64,000 bases of DNA from Camelus dromedarius (Eukaryota), in the NCBI RefSeq assembly GCF_036321535.1, contig NC_087438.1:8000001-8064000 (forward strand), written 5' to 3'. Position numbers and translations under genes: made by a program. This document shows, piece after piece, positions 26,622 to 39,447 of this stretch. Position 1 is the stretch's first letter; every line of letters starts with the position of its first letter. The notes below the pieces were generated by a model. It searched no databases and was not told the origin of the DNA. It was given only the letters and a program-made list of their open reading frames with translations.

Positions 26622-27173
26622 CTGCAAAAAACACTGTATCGAGCACTTTATCTTTTTAGCCTTTCAACAGCAGCTCTGTGCTCCTTGCAGCAAGCATTTC
26701 CTTCACCTTTCAGAAACGATAACACGAGGCCAGTGAATTCCCGAGGACCTAAGTTCAGTGAGTGAAAGGGAAGGTCATGTATGTTTACACTGCTGACTGA
26801 AAGACGTTCCAGTAAACCACGTTTTAGGAGAAGTTCACGAAATCCATCAGCTTTTGTAAAATGCTCCTTTGACTGACTGACATCACCCCGTAAACAGTGT
26901 TAGTGCTACTGAAATCAGACAGTCCTAGGAAACAGTATTCCATGAAGCAACAGGAAACTAATGGCCCAATAGCAAAACCTTGAAGGATTGTACGGAATAA
27001 AGTCAATGCTTGGAGACCGAATCTGGTCTCTTGTTGTGTGTATGAGTCTGCAAGGGCCAGCATAACAAAAGAGCCCAGACTGGGCAGCTTAAACAAGACG
27101 CATCTGTCTTCTCACAGTTCTGGGCGCTGGAAGTCCAGCCAACACCAAGTTGTCAGCAGATCTGGTTTCCTCT

Positions 27174-27256
27174 TATTTCTTTGTCTAAATTTGAGGTAGC
27201 ATTGGTTTATTACATTATAATTTGACTTCTGAATACACTCCAGTGTGCTCATCACC
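27174..27256 (-). mobile_element. Extreme 3' end of an older L1 with decayed A-tail (3' part of the U6/L1 chimera)
   Basis: Reverse complement GGTGATGAGCACACTGGAGTGTATTCAGAAGTCAAATTATAATGTAATAAACCAATGCTACCTCAA plus A-rich tail; degenerate 16-bp TSD AGATCTGGTTTCCTCT (27158-27173) / AGGGCTGGTCTCTTCT (27366-27381). Confidence 0.75.
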
Positions 27257-27365
27257 AAAACAATAGGGGCCACTTCACGAATTTGCAGGTCATCCGTGCC
27301 CAGGGGCCGGGCTAACCGTCTCTGTATCCGTCCAATTTTAGCGCACGTGCTGCTGAAGCGAGCAC
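27257..27365 (-). pseudogene. RNU6: Full-length U6 snRNA retro-pseudogene (5' part of a U6/L1 chimera)
   Basis: Reverse complement GTGCTCGCTTCAGCAGCACGTGCGCTAAAATTGGACGGATACAGAGACGGTTAGCCCGGCCCCTGGGCACGGATGACCTGCAAATTCGTGAAGTGGCCCCTATTGTTTT aligns ungapped to U6 (19 mismatches in about 102 nt by hand); ACAGAGA box kept. Confidence 0.93.
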
Positions 27366-27639
27366 AGGGCTGGTCTCTTCTGAGGCCTCTCTCCTTGGCT
27401 TGTAGATGGATGTCTCTTCTCCCTGCATCCTTGCATGGTCTTTCTTCCCAGCATGAGTCTTGTGTTCAAATTGCCTCTTCTTCCAAGGACACGAGTCCTA
27501 CTGGATTAGAACCCGCCCTGAAGTCCTTATTCAGCCACTTCTCAATGACCCTATGTCTATATGTAGTCACACTCTGAAGTCCTGGGGGCAAAGTCTTCAA
27601 AACATGAATTTTGGGGGACACAATTCAGGCCATGACAAG

Positions 27640-27840
27640 CGCCTAACTTACTACTCCAAAACTTAGTAGCTTAAGACACCAGTCCTTTATTTTGCTCACT
27701 GATTTGAGCAGGGCTCAGCAGGGACAGCACATCTCTGCTCCAGGCTGTGTCATGTGGGGAGCCTCAGCTGGGGCTGGAGAGCCCTCTCTCCAGACGGTCC
27801 ATTCCCACGGCTGGCGAGCTGGCATGTGTGTGTGGGAATT
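27640..27840 (-). mobile_element. Older MLT1 LTR fragment
   Basis: CCAAAACTTAGTAGCTTAAGACA...TTTATTTTGCTCAC...GGGCTCAGC. Confidence 0.6.
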
Positions 27841-27997
27841 AGGGGATAGCGATCTCAGGCCCATCAGCATCAGAAGTCAGCATTCTTGGGGGTCAAGCCT
27901 CTTGCCTTGTGTTTCTAACCTTTCTACCCCAACACCCAGGAGGGTGACTGGCATGAAGCAGATGCTAAACAAATACTGATTCTTACATTTTTGCTTC

Positions 27998-28303
27998 TTA
28001 ATAGGCTTTATTTTTTAGAGTAGTTTTAGGTTCACTAGCAGAACTGAGTGGAAGGTACAGAGATTTCCTCTAGGCCCCCTGCCCCTACATCTGCATGGCA
28101 TCCTCTGTTATCAACATCCCCACCAGAGTGGTACATTTGATACAAATGATGGGCCTATGCTGACACACCATGATCACCCAACGTCCACAGTTTACATCAG
28201 GGTTCACTCTTGGTGATGTACAATCTGTGGGTTTGGACAAACATACAGTGACGTGTACTCACCATCACAGTACCCTACTGTGTAGTTTCACTGCCCTAAA
28301 AAT
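27998..28303 (-). mobile_element. L1MC/L1MB-like 3'UTR fragment
   Basis: TTTATTTTTTAGAGTAGTTTTAGGTTCAC...CCCCACCAGAGTGGTACATTTG...TTCACTGCCCTAAAAAT. Confidence 0.8.
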
Positions 28304-29417
28304 ACTGATTTTTTAAATGAGCAAAGAAGGTACACTTACTAGGGAGACTCAAAAGGGTTGGGTACTGATGTACTACTGTCCCCTCTAGAAAGAATTCTCT
28401 GATTTTAGGGATGTTATGAGCCAAAGAATCATGTGTGCTTTCAAAGAGCACTCTTTTAAGAGCACCTTTTAAAAGGCAGTTCTAATAAGCTTCAAGCCCT
28501 CAACAGGATGAACGCTGCGGCTTTGGTTCATGGAGGACCAACGGCGACCACCTGCAATCAGCATTCACAGGTGCCTGCCCGCTTTGATGGTATGACTGTT
28601 GCGTCCCCTGTAGGTGCTAAGAATGAACGATGGTTTAGGTCACCCAGGTGGGTGTGATTTCATCTCTTTTTTGAATCAGTTCATTGTGATAAAAAGTAGG
28701 CTTTCATGAGTAAATTTAACACTTATAGAATAAGAAATCATGAGAAAATGCAATCCTTACAAACTATTACTTTTCAAAATGTTTAATTGCTATATGGATT
28801 GAACTACGACCTTAACTAACAATTAATCTCTCTGCTACTGTGCCACTCACGTTATAATATATCTTAGCCGGAGAACGTTTACTCACAGCTCAGGAGACCC
28901 AGGTTAAAACTCACTGCAATCCAGCACTTCTTTCTCCTCAGATCTTTTTAAGATGAAAGTAATAAATCAAGGCCCTGGAGCCAACCTAACAAGCTCGCCT
29001 GACTTAATCTTCAACTGCTGGTCTTAAAATCCTCCAAAATGCTGCTACCTTAACAATTGTTAATTTTTTTTCCTGCAGCCCTTATACTTTACCATATTTA
29101 TGTGAGGAATTCTGAGTAATTTTTAACCAAATTGCTTAATCCATTATTGAACTTTTAGAAAAATCCTGTGATTTCAGTATGACACAGATATGGGTTTTGT
29201 TCCTCTCCTGTATTGGAATGGACATAGCTTGCCCATGCATAGTGTACAAATAAAGAAACCTTTGGTTTTGTCTATGGTATAAGGAGTGTTATTAACCTGA
29301 AGTGGCATATCAATTTCCCAGACACTGGAAACACAGGAGAAGAAAGAAAGAAAGAAGGGACTCAATAAATTTGAAATTCAAAATAAAGAGGTCATCTGAA
29401 AGACGTATGTCTTAAAC

Positions 29418-29900
29418 CTGAGATTGACCTATGGGATAATATAAACTGTGCCAATCTACGTATAATAGGGGTCCCAGAAGGAGAAGAAAGAGAAAAGGGG
29501 ATCAAATATGTATTTGAAGAAATCAGAAACTTCCCAAACCTAAAGAAGGAAACAGATATCCAGGTACAGGAAGCACAGAAGGTCCCAAACAAGATGAATC
29601 CAAATAGATCTACCCCAAGACATATTATAATTAAAATGGCCAAAGTTAAAGATAAAGAGAAGATTGTAAAGGCAACAAGAGAAAAACAAAGAGCTAGTTA
29701 CAAGAGAACTCTCATAAGGCTATCAGCTCATTGCTCTGCAGAAACACTGCTAGCCAGAAGGGAGTGACAAGATATATTCAGAAGTCCTGAAAGAGAAAAG
29801 TTGCAACCTAGGACACTCTATCCAGTAAGACTATCATTTAGAATAGAGGTAGAAAGAATTTCTCATACAAGCAAAAACTAAAAGAACACAGCAATACCCT
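29418..29900 (+). mobile_element. Isolated L1 ORF1 internal fragment
   Basis: Translates LWDNINCANLRIIGVPEGEEREKG...IQVQEAQKVPNKMNPNRSTPRHIIIKMAKVKDKEKI (ORF1p RRM/CTD region), with a stop and small indels. Confidence 0.9.
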
Positions 29901-29962
29901 AAACCTTCGGATTTTCTAGAAAATAGAAAGTAAATTAAATCATACGTAATACATTCAGGATT

Positions 29963-29965
<3 letters not shown>

Positions 29966-29993
<28 letters not shown>
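29966..29993. repeat. Poly(T)28
   Basis: Seen directly. Confidence 0.95.
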
Positions 29994-29997
<4 letters not shown>

Positions 29998-30545
29998 AAA
30001 TGAAGGGAAATTAACTCCTCAGAAGAAACTGTGCCAGCCATGCAATGCTGGCTCCAGACATCCATTCACCTCCTCTGATTATATGGAATTGTTTTTCTTG
30101 TTCAATATGCTTGTATTAAAGTTTTCAGAATGGAGGCTATTAGGAACCTTCACCATAAAACTATTCTTCTAACATGGAGGTGGTCAGTGTGCTGGCAGGT
30201 TCCCCCGCTGCAGAGCAGGGCATGCTGGGCCTGAGCTCCACTCTCCTTCCTGTGCGTAACGTCCTTCTGGTACACGCTGGGCATCCTGCAGCACATGGCT
30301 TACCCTTTGTATAATCTGATGGTGTATAGGGCCAGTGCAGAGCTGTTAGCACTGGGGTTCCAACTGCAGGGCAGTGGGCTGGTGGCTGCAGAGGTTACAC
30401 TGGGGAGATCTCACTATTAACCTTCAGCCAGCAGGCACTGCTCTCAGCTGGAACTCTGCCTCTCTCCCCGACTCAACTGCGAATTGAGGTGGGTGACAGC
30501 ACAAACTAGAAGCTTGCTTCTTCTGTGTCACAAACGTCTACGGCC

Positions 30546-31011
30546 TGATGAAGACCCTGTCCTTGATTAAACTTTATTCAGCCTCCTCCGAGCCCTCTTC
30601 TCAACCAGGCCTTGAATTTGGCCCCTGCTCTTAGTGAGTCTAGCTTGGGCAAGAATCCTGCTAAGTCAGTGTGGAGAGAACCCCTAACCTTGAAAACGGA
30701 TCACTCTTGATATCTGATCCTCATCCCCAACCACCCCGCAGGTGACACCTGATCACGCTGGCCGCCTTCAGCAAGAATCCCGTCAAGCCGATTTAGTGAG
30801 AAGACTCCTCCCACCCCTAGAGGACCCCTCTTGGTAATTTCCCACCCACTGACCCCCTCGCTCTGCTCCTTGGCTACAAATACCGCTATTCCTTGTAATC
30901 AGAATGGTGCTCAGTTCTGTACTGGGGTCTCCTTTCCCCTACTGCAATAATTCCTGAGTAAGATCTGTTTTTGCCACTTTAACTGCCATCCATCTCTGGT
31001 TCTCTTTGACA
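30546..31011 (+). mobile_element. MER31-like ERV1 solo LTR
   Basis: TG...CA termini; repeated CAAGAATCC motif; perfect 4-bp TSD GGCC (30542-30545 / 31012-31015). Confidence 0.85.
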
Positions 31012-32419
31012 GGCCCCAGTCTAAAAGCGTTCCTGAACAAGAACAGAGGAAGACCAAAGCTTAGAGGTATACCTGACATCTGATTCTTACTACATTGTTA
31101 CCATGTGCTAATTAACACATCCTCCCTCGCCCCCCACCATATGTCCATCCTTCCTGTGCCCACCCACTGAATTAGGCAGGAATGCCTTCTATTTGGTGAG
31201 CAGTTCTGCAGTTACAGGCTTCACATATCTGTATCCTCTGAACTTCACAACATTCCTTTGAAAAAGGACTTAACTATTCTCACTAGTATTTCCTTTTGCG
31301 TTTAATGCATGTGACAGAAGAAAAAAATTAAATTGGGCCTAAAAACACTGAGGTATAAAGTGACAGTTGGTACGTATAGATTAAACCAGAAGATATTATT
31401 TTAGAATTAGTTTGTAATGATTAGAATTAGAAAGCCACATAATACGTAATAATTTTTTTAGTCTATGATTCTGTTATCAAATAAAACCTATATTGTTTCT
31501 AATGTTCCTCTCATATGTTTTTTCCTTTGCAATGTATTCTTATGAGTGCCATTATTATTTAATTTTGGGGTGACTTGCACTGGCCATCCACAAATTTTGG
31601 AAAACATTGGAAATATTAGTACAATTAAGAACTTCGGGAAATATTGAAAGGTAGGGATTGAGAGCATTAGGGAAGAACACAGCTTACACCCTCTGTGCAC
31701 TGTAAGCTCACAACCACTTTGGGTTTCGAAAGACAGTTTTTGAAGTGGAGTCACTGGTCTGATGGCCAGAGTCCATTCACTGTAAGAAGGGCTCTGACAC
31801 AGAAAAAGGCTCTCAGAATTCTAAACAAAACCTTGGCTTTGCAAATCAAACACAAGCCTGATTTAGAGAAGGTACCAAAAGCCACAGAACTTGGAGGAAT
31901 ACAGGTTAACAACAGGCCAGGAGGAGACCAGAACTCTTTCTGGACCAGGCAGAAGAGTTCTAGAAAAGACTAGAGGAGGATACAAGAGGATATGGATGCA
32001 AGTGTGAGATGTTAGTCCACATTTTCTGCCCCTTACATTTAGGGACCCAAAAGGAGAGGAATTTTCCCCTCTGCTCTCCAGAGAGTAGTAGACAGGTGGC
32101 CATTCTGCAAGGACCAGGCGTGACAGCAGCAGAACTGGTACCTCTGTGCAGAGAGGGCCTGAGATAAAGCCCCGTCCTCCTGCTCCATCCTTCTCCTCCC
32201 CTCCCTTCCCAGCCTGAGTCCTCAGTAGCTCCTCCCAGCCCTGGGGTCTTTCCTACTGGCCACAGGAATGAAGAAGGCAGCTGGGAACTGAAAGCCAGGG
32301 TACATTTCTGGGAGTGGGGTGAGGTGGGGGGTACCTGCACAAATGTGTTAAACACAACATGATTTTTAAAATCTTTAAGAATACACACCATGATATAATT
32401 GTTAATATGGTAGCACAGG

Positions 32420-33560
32420 TGGAAATAGATAAATAATGATGCCACACCATAAAGGTAGAGGTAATATTACAAATCAGAGGGGCAAAGATGCTGAAAAATA
32501 AGGGCTTTTCTAAAAATTGATATTGATATAAAAATGAAATAAAATTAGATCCCTACTTCACACCATACACAAGTTCAAGACACATTGGACAACAAATCTG
32601 AAGGGTTAAATCTTGAATATTTTAATAAGAAAATAAAGGAGAATTTATTATGAACTTAGCAAAAGGGAGGATTTCTTAAACAGACATATGAAGAACAAAA
32701 TTTGAATAGATTAAAATTTTAAAGCCAAAAAACCCCATTAAGGTAAGACACATGTCACAGATTGGGAGAATACATTAGAATCTAGAGAACATCACGAATG
32801 TATAAATATCTCCTACTTGTATTAATAATGGCTTTCATTTACTGAACCAAGCACATTTAGGTACTGTGCGTGTAGTAATTTGCTAAGAACTCCCAACAAC
32901 TCTAACAAGGTCGATAACTGTATTAGTCTCATTTTAAAGGTTAAAACAAACTATAGATAATCAAGGTCAAATTTGTAGAAGATTGCACAACTAGAGAAGT
33001 GGGATCTGCACCCAGGTAGCCTGGTTGCAGCACCATCACTCCCAGTCCAATAGTAAAGCAGTAAAGGGTATGAATAGGCAATTCTCAGACAACTAACAAT
33101 TCTGAACATGATAAACTTCAGGGATAACCGGGGAAATGCAAACTGAAACAACAAACCCATCAAACTGTCCCCGATTTAAAAGAATGATAACAGCAAGAGT
33201 TGGCACCTATGGGATGAAACAGGAACTGTCCTTAACTGATAGTAAGAATATCAACTGCCACAACCATTTCAGACAACAAATAAAGGAAGCTCTTATATCT
33301 GAAGATGCACATCCTTCTGGTCCAACAATTTCAATGCCCCACATCTGTCCAAGGACACACATACAAGAATGCTATTTACTTGCTAAACGTTCACCAAGAA
33401 GAGTGTGGAAACCATGTAACTACTTTCAGAGAACAGATAAATACATTGTGGTCTATGCATGTAAGGAACACTTTACAAAGCAGAAAAATGCATGAAATAT
33501 GTGTATATACATCCATGTGGACAAATCTCAACAACGTTGAGTCAAAAAAGCAAGTTTTAG
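32420..33560 (+). mobile_element. Old L1M ORF2/3' fragments with an embedded MIR (about 32840-33040)
   Basis: AAATTAGATCCCTACTTCACACCATACAC and GAAATGCAAACTGAAACAAC motifs. Confidence 0.65.
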
Positions 33561-33599
33561 GTGGATCTGCATCTATACCCATATCTATATCTCTGCAGT

Positions 33600-34005
33600 A
33601 TGAGGTTATTATAATTAATGTTATATGTCAAAGAGGTACTCAGATATTTGGTTGAACACTATCCCAGATGTTTCTGTGAAAGTATTTTTGAGATGAGATT
33701 AACATTTAAATCAGAAGACTTGGAGCAAAGCAGACTGCTCTCTGTAATGTGGGTGGGCCTCACCAAATCAGTCGAAGGCATGAATAGAAAAAGACTGACT
33801 TTCCAGGAAGGAGAGGGAATTCTGCCAGCAGACTCCCTTCGGATTCAAACCACAACTCTTCCCTGGGTCTCTAGCCTGATGACGTACCCTGCAGACTTTG
33901 GCCTTGCTCACACTTCACAATAGTATGAACCAATTCCTGAAATATATCTCTCCCTTTATCTATACACCCTGTTGGTTCTGTTTCTTCGGAGAGGCCTGAC
34001 TCACA
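33600..34005 (+). mobile_element. MLT2-like ERVL solo LTR
   Basis: GATGAGATTAACATTTAAATCAG, AATGTGGGTGGGCCTCACCAAATCAGT and TTGGTTCTGTTTCT motifs. Confidence 0.85.
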
Positions 34006-35384
34006 GATATGCTGATAATGTAAATATTGCTAACACACAAGGCAGTTTATGGACACATAATATGTGAATAACATCCCCGGAGCTGTCCAAGGTGGCGTCC
34101 TACTTACTTTTCAGTGTAGTGAAGAGTGGGCCATACACAACCTTCCTGTCACTGCAGAAGATGGTTTAAAATTCACTTTAACATGCAAGAAGTGCTGGGG
34201 GACAGACAGACAATTCTGAGAGTTGCATTTCAACTGAGTTTCATTTTTCAGGAAAGTGAACAAGCCTCATTTTCTAGCATGAGAAGAAGACGACTTGATT
34301 TTCCTCAATTATCATTTAAATCACTGGACCAGCTCTAAAAACTCCACTGAAGTGTGATATCAGAATAAAAACTCCACATCAATCAGTTGATACAGTCAAT
34401 GCAAATTACCCATTTTCCTAGGCTGTCGTTTTTATTTTTATTTTGTAACAGAAAATAATTTATATCCTGATGCACATTATAATTTACAATGTGTTTTTTA
34501 TTATGAATTAGAGGAAAATATGCTGTATTGGTTTCTGGACCATGTCAGATATCACTCAGGTATGACACTTAAATAATTCAGCACATTCTAAGTTATTATG
34601 TTACTGGAGGCAGATTCATGGCTGCAGGTTATTTCTCTTTTGCATGAAATATTATGCCAATATTTTAAGGTGATGTGACATGGGAAACACCTGCTGTATA
34701 TTTAAAGTCCTACAAGATGAGATTTCCAAAAGAAACACACATACTAAATGACACTGATATACTGAAAATCATCTACATTCATGTTCTTGCTTTTGTGTAT
34801 AAACAGCTCATAAAATGTTTTCTGTGTGCCTTCAAGAAAAAAAAACTGCTAATTAATTTTAACACCATGTCAATTATGCTAATAAAATTCTAATTAAAAC
34901 CCTTGTGATGTAAATCAGTCTTTCTTTGTGTGTGGTATGTGTGTATGTGTGTTATTATATGGGCTGTCAGCCATCAGACACGTATTAACTTTAAGATAAC
35001 CTATACGGTGGTCTTGGCTGTATACAGATCTTTTGACATACCTAGTTCTGTCTGCCATAAGCATTGGGCAAATTAGCGGTGATAGCCTAATATTTAAGAT
35101 ACCATGGAGGTAAAGTCATAGATGCACTTTATGGAAATGAAACATCCCCGAAGGCAGAGAGGAACTGAGGGCCAAGAACTAGCTTTGTTAAAAGAATAAG
35201 CAACAGTGGATAGGGCAATCTGGACATTATCACATTTCAGGTTGATTACATGCGACAGTACAATGAAAAATGTATAAAACATAAAACTACAGCAACTTCT
35301 ATTCTGTAAGATATAAGGGCTCCTTGGGGGGTGTCTAAGATAGTGTAGCTTCAGACACTGCTAAATGCAGAAACTCCAGCAAAG

Positions 35385-35830
35385 CAAGTATGTCCATTTC
35401 AGTTCCTACTGCTGGCCTGGCCCTGCGCTAGGTTCTGGGGACACCATTGAACAAAGCAGAGACTCTGCTTTAAAGCAGGATGCCTGCCTGTCAGGGACAG
35501 GAGCAGTGAGCCAGAAAGAGTACCGCAGAGTGTGTTGGGCTATAAGGGGCACCTCATCCAGGCTGCGAACCAAGGAGGGCTTCCTGGAAGAGATGGCATT
35601 TGAGCACAGTTCTAAACAGGGGGCAAGAAGACATTTAACATAGGGAGCAGCACTGTCTAAATGCTCCTATGTGAGAGAAAGCAGGTTTACGGGGGTGGGG
35701 GGAGTGACATCCACTGTCTGTGGGAGGAGCTTAGCATGGTGGTAAAGGGGCATTAATAAAACAGAAGGCTAGAAAGAGAAACAGGAATAAGATCATGACC
35801 AAGCTTGATGAACACCAAGAAGGGATTTAT
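35385..35830 (-). mobile_element. L2 LINE fragment
   Basis: GCCCTGCGCTAGGTTCTGGGGAC and GAGGGCTTCCTGGAAGAGATGGCATTTGAGC. Confidence 0.65.
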
Positions 35831-36869
35831 ATTGCAAATTCCCCTTTTTTATTTGCAAGTGAATTTGCAACACAGCAATGGCTCTTGGGTGGCAGAAAAG
35901 TAACACTCGGTTTCAAGGTTCTTAAGTTGTCACCCTCATGGTGTAGGAAGAGGGCCTGGCGCTTCCAAAAAGCAAACCCTTCTTTTGACGACCAGGAGTT
36001 CCGGTGGATGGCAGGAGTGCTTATTTTTACATCCATAACTGAAATCAGCTCAAGATATCTTCTTGTCATGAGGCCCAGGAGACACGAAGGCTAATTAGGG
36101 CAATGAAACCCCCCTGCGTCTCCATTACGCATGTGCAGTTAAGTCAATCAATCTATGCCTAAAAAAGTGTGTTCTGCAAAACCACACCTAGTGCAGATTT
36201 GCTTACAAATCTGAAAGGTCTATAACTAGGATTCTGTCACTTCTAAATCCCACTGAGGTTTGAGGAAAATGTTGAAATCGAATCAAAGCAGAGGCAGACT
36301 CCAAGGCACTAAATCTTCTCTACGTTTTATGGAAAACCTTGTGTTTGGATCCTCATTTCATAAGCAGACCAGCCCGATGTACGTGTGCTCCAGGAAAGCT
36401 CATCTGAACACGAGCCTCTTCTCCATGAGGGACCAGAGTTCTCGGTGATTTATCCTTCCTGTTGTCAGCATCCGTAATCCCCAGGCTGCCTCTACTACTG
36501 GATTCCTGAAGCGATGAGAGGCTGGGGATGGAAATGAAGCTGCATGTTCAACATTCTTCCAAGAGACGTAAATAATTCACGTGAGATAGCAAGAATGCTT
36601 CTTTGGGGTAGAAAACCAGTAACTTTCACTTGTAAATTCAGAGGTTTTTTTAATGCTACAAAATGTGGACACTCAACGGAGTATCAGATAAATTCGTCCA
36701 ATCAAAGAACAGGTCAGAAAGGTTGCCAAATAAAATCTGTGCTGGTGGCGGGGTGGGACCGTGGGAGGAGCAGGCGGCATCAGGACTCAGGATCCTGGAG
36801 CCCATTCCTGCCTTTGTTATTTCTCGAGATGGACAGTGCCCACGTCCAAGTGGAGTGCCACACGGGGAA

Positions 36870-37325
36870 GAGAGGAAGCTTCTTGGCGCCTCCTGGCCCA
36901 CCTCTAACTGCAGCCACCGCTGCAGGGGACGTTCCCCTGGGAGCTCAGGTGACACAGGTGTATCTGCCATGGTCTTGTAGCTTCCTGCCTGGAACCTTCC
37001 CCAAACCATGCCAGCCCACTTGGCTGTAAGTAAGCACAGCCCAGAAGTGCAGGGCAGTTAACGCCCCCAGGCAACCTGAAACCACTGGAAGCTGAGGGTG
37101 CACAGTCCGCCTCCCTGGACCACTAGGCAAAGCATTCTGCTTGTTCCCTAGAATTCAGCTCCTCACTCAGCGCCCTCAATGGAAGGGACCCTGATGTCGA
37201 CCCTTAACATTTTTCCCTCCTTCCTGCCTCAACTTTCCCACTTTTTGGAATCACTTCCTAAACACACAGCCTGCACCCACGCCTTTGTCTCAGGTGCGGC
37301 TTTCAGGGGTCCCAACTTAGTCCAG
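36870..37325 (+). mobile_element. LTR16-like ERVL LTR
   Basis: GCCCAGAAGTGCAGGGCAGTTAACGCCCC and GGAATCACTTCCTAAA...TTGTCTCAGG...CTTTCAGGGG. Confidence 0.6.
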
Positions 37326-39447
37326 AGCTAGAGACGAGAGATCGCTAGGGCCAGTGGGAATCACCGGGTTGCATGGGGAAAGCAGGGTGGTCAGAGGAGA
37401 GAAGGCAGGACAAGCCCGGCCGAGGAAGCAGCCTGAGGGGAGGCTGGCGGTGGGGAGGTGAGCAGCCGGCCTGGGCGGTGACGAGAGGCCGAGAGGCCGA
37501 GATGCCCGCATGAAGGTGGTCAAGATCCACCACGGCCTGAGCATCAGCCTGCAATGCTGAGACCCCCACTGGTTCCCAAGCAGCTGAGCGGTCGGCTGAC
37601 CTCACTCCCCTGGGACGCTGGCCCAGCCCACCATTTGTTTTCCACTTTTCTCCTTGCACTCCATGCCAAGAAACATACCGTACTTGGCAGCTAGAGCTCA
37701 CGCACATGTTCACACACGTATACATGCATATTCATGCTTGTTACATATGTGTTGGGCGTGCAAACAAGCACAAAGGCCATAAAGCTTTACTCTTAGTACA
37801 GGTGATGCGATCTGACCTCTTTCACTCTGTCATGGCTTCTTTCTCTCTCTCCGTTTCTCCTTTTACAAAATTGATTTCATAATCCCTACTAACAGGTTGC
37901 AACCTGCAGTTTAAAAATCACTCGTCTAGACCAGCCTTCCTAGAAAGTTGAAGAAAACATCCTTCCTCTCGACACGATGCCAGGGGTCACCAGGGGTCCA
38001 TGACAGGAATGAAATGTGCCTTGTCTCTTAAGCTTCCACTCAGATGCTCCTTGGTGCCCATATCCTGACCTCAGGCTCTGATGCCATTTCCCAGAGAAAG
38101 AGCAACTATTTGGCAGCACGATGAAAACGTGCCGCACTTTCCGATTAGACTGCATGTGGCATCTTCTCTTACCAAGTTGAATTTAGTCAAAAGAACACCA
38201 GTTGAGCATGGGGAACGTTACCTACTCACAGCAGAGCACCTTCTCACTCTGCAAACAGCGCTCAGCATGACGAGTACAGACACTCTCCTGCAGGTCAAGT
38301 TCCGCACTCTGCATTCTTTTGCATCGAGCAGAATCCTTTGGTTGCAAGTGACAACAACGCCAAGAGGAGGAACCAACAAGCGAGCAAAGGAGAGCGGCTC
38401 CCCAGGCCAGGGAGCTTGTCTGCTGGCTTCAGTAAGCTCCGGGAGGGCCGGCTCTGAAGGAGCCTCGGGGCCCTCTCTCCTGGGTCCCCATCACTGCTTC
38501 TGTCCACGTGCTGGCCCTGATCTCTTCCAAGGACTGCCTTGGCCCCGGCTCCTCGCACTTCACCACCAGAGATAACTATAAATGCACATCGCCCTTTTTG
38601 GTCCCAAGTCTAAAACTTCTAGGAAAGGGCTCTTACAAGCTCTGCCTGGGCAAGGAGCTGAATCCCAGAGCAGTCAGTCACTGTCAGCAGAAGGAGGGAC
38701 ACTGTCACTGGTCACTGCTGGAAAAACCACCATCCTCCTGCAGCCTCGGATAACGGCTGCTCCCCTGGTAACCACGCGGATAGAACACAGACAAACACAT
38801 TTTCCAGAAGAGAAGCAGCTGCTGTTCTGGACACAGATACTGATAGATGTCTACTGCACACTACTGGAGAGCATCTCCATTTTTACATAGTCTTACAGTA
38901 TTCATTTGTACCAACTTTCCCCTACTCGTGGGCAAAGATCCACTCTCTTACTACAGAAGTCTAAGCCATTTAAACCAGCATCCTGTCTCAAAATAGGCTT
39001 GAAGCTCTATGAGAACACAGCAGGCTTTTAATGTTGTTTAGAACCACCTGTGAGGGATCTAACAGGCTGCTCTTGCCCCCAAAAAAGAGCGCCACTAACA
39101 CACGTGACTGAATCCTCCTTCTCAGCACTTTGGATTTGCTGCTCACATCATCAACAAAAGGGTGTTTCGCACACACCTTCGGTTTCAACAGCAAAGGTGA
39201 CTGCTTATCTTTGACCATTTCTATTTCCACTACGTCTTTATTCCTTCAAATAACGACCACTTTTATATTGAGAGTTACATTTTATCCATATATGAATGAC
39301 CTCATACAAATAAACACCCCCAATTTCATGGCGTCAGATGAACACAGGATCCTGAATGAAACCATAACTGACCTTCAGAGAGGGCTTTTTAAAGACTATA
39401 AAAGGACCAAATAAAAGGAAAAGCTTCCCTGAGAACATCTGTCTTAC

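Larger units (their letters stand above)
27039..27637 (-). mobile_element. MLT1B-like MaLR LTR interrupted by a U6/L1 chimera
   Basis: MLT1 motifs at 27039-27173 resume at 27366 and end GGGGGACACAATTCAGGCCATGACA. Confidence 0.8.

Noticed and set aside
27257..27365. Functional U6 gene
   Set aside because: About 19% diverged including the ISL, fused to an L1 tail, and upstream is MLT1 sequence with no evident TATA/PSE.
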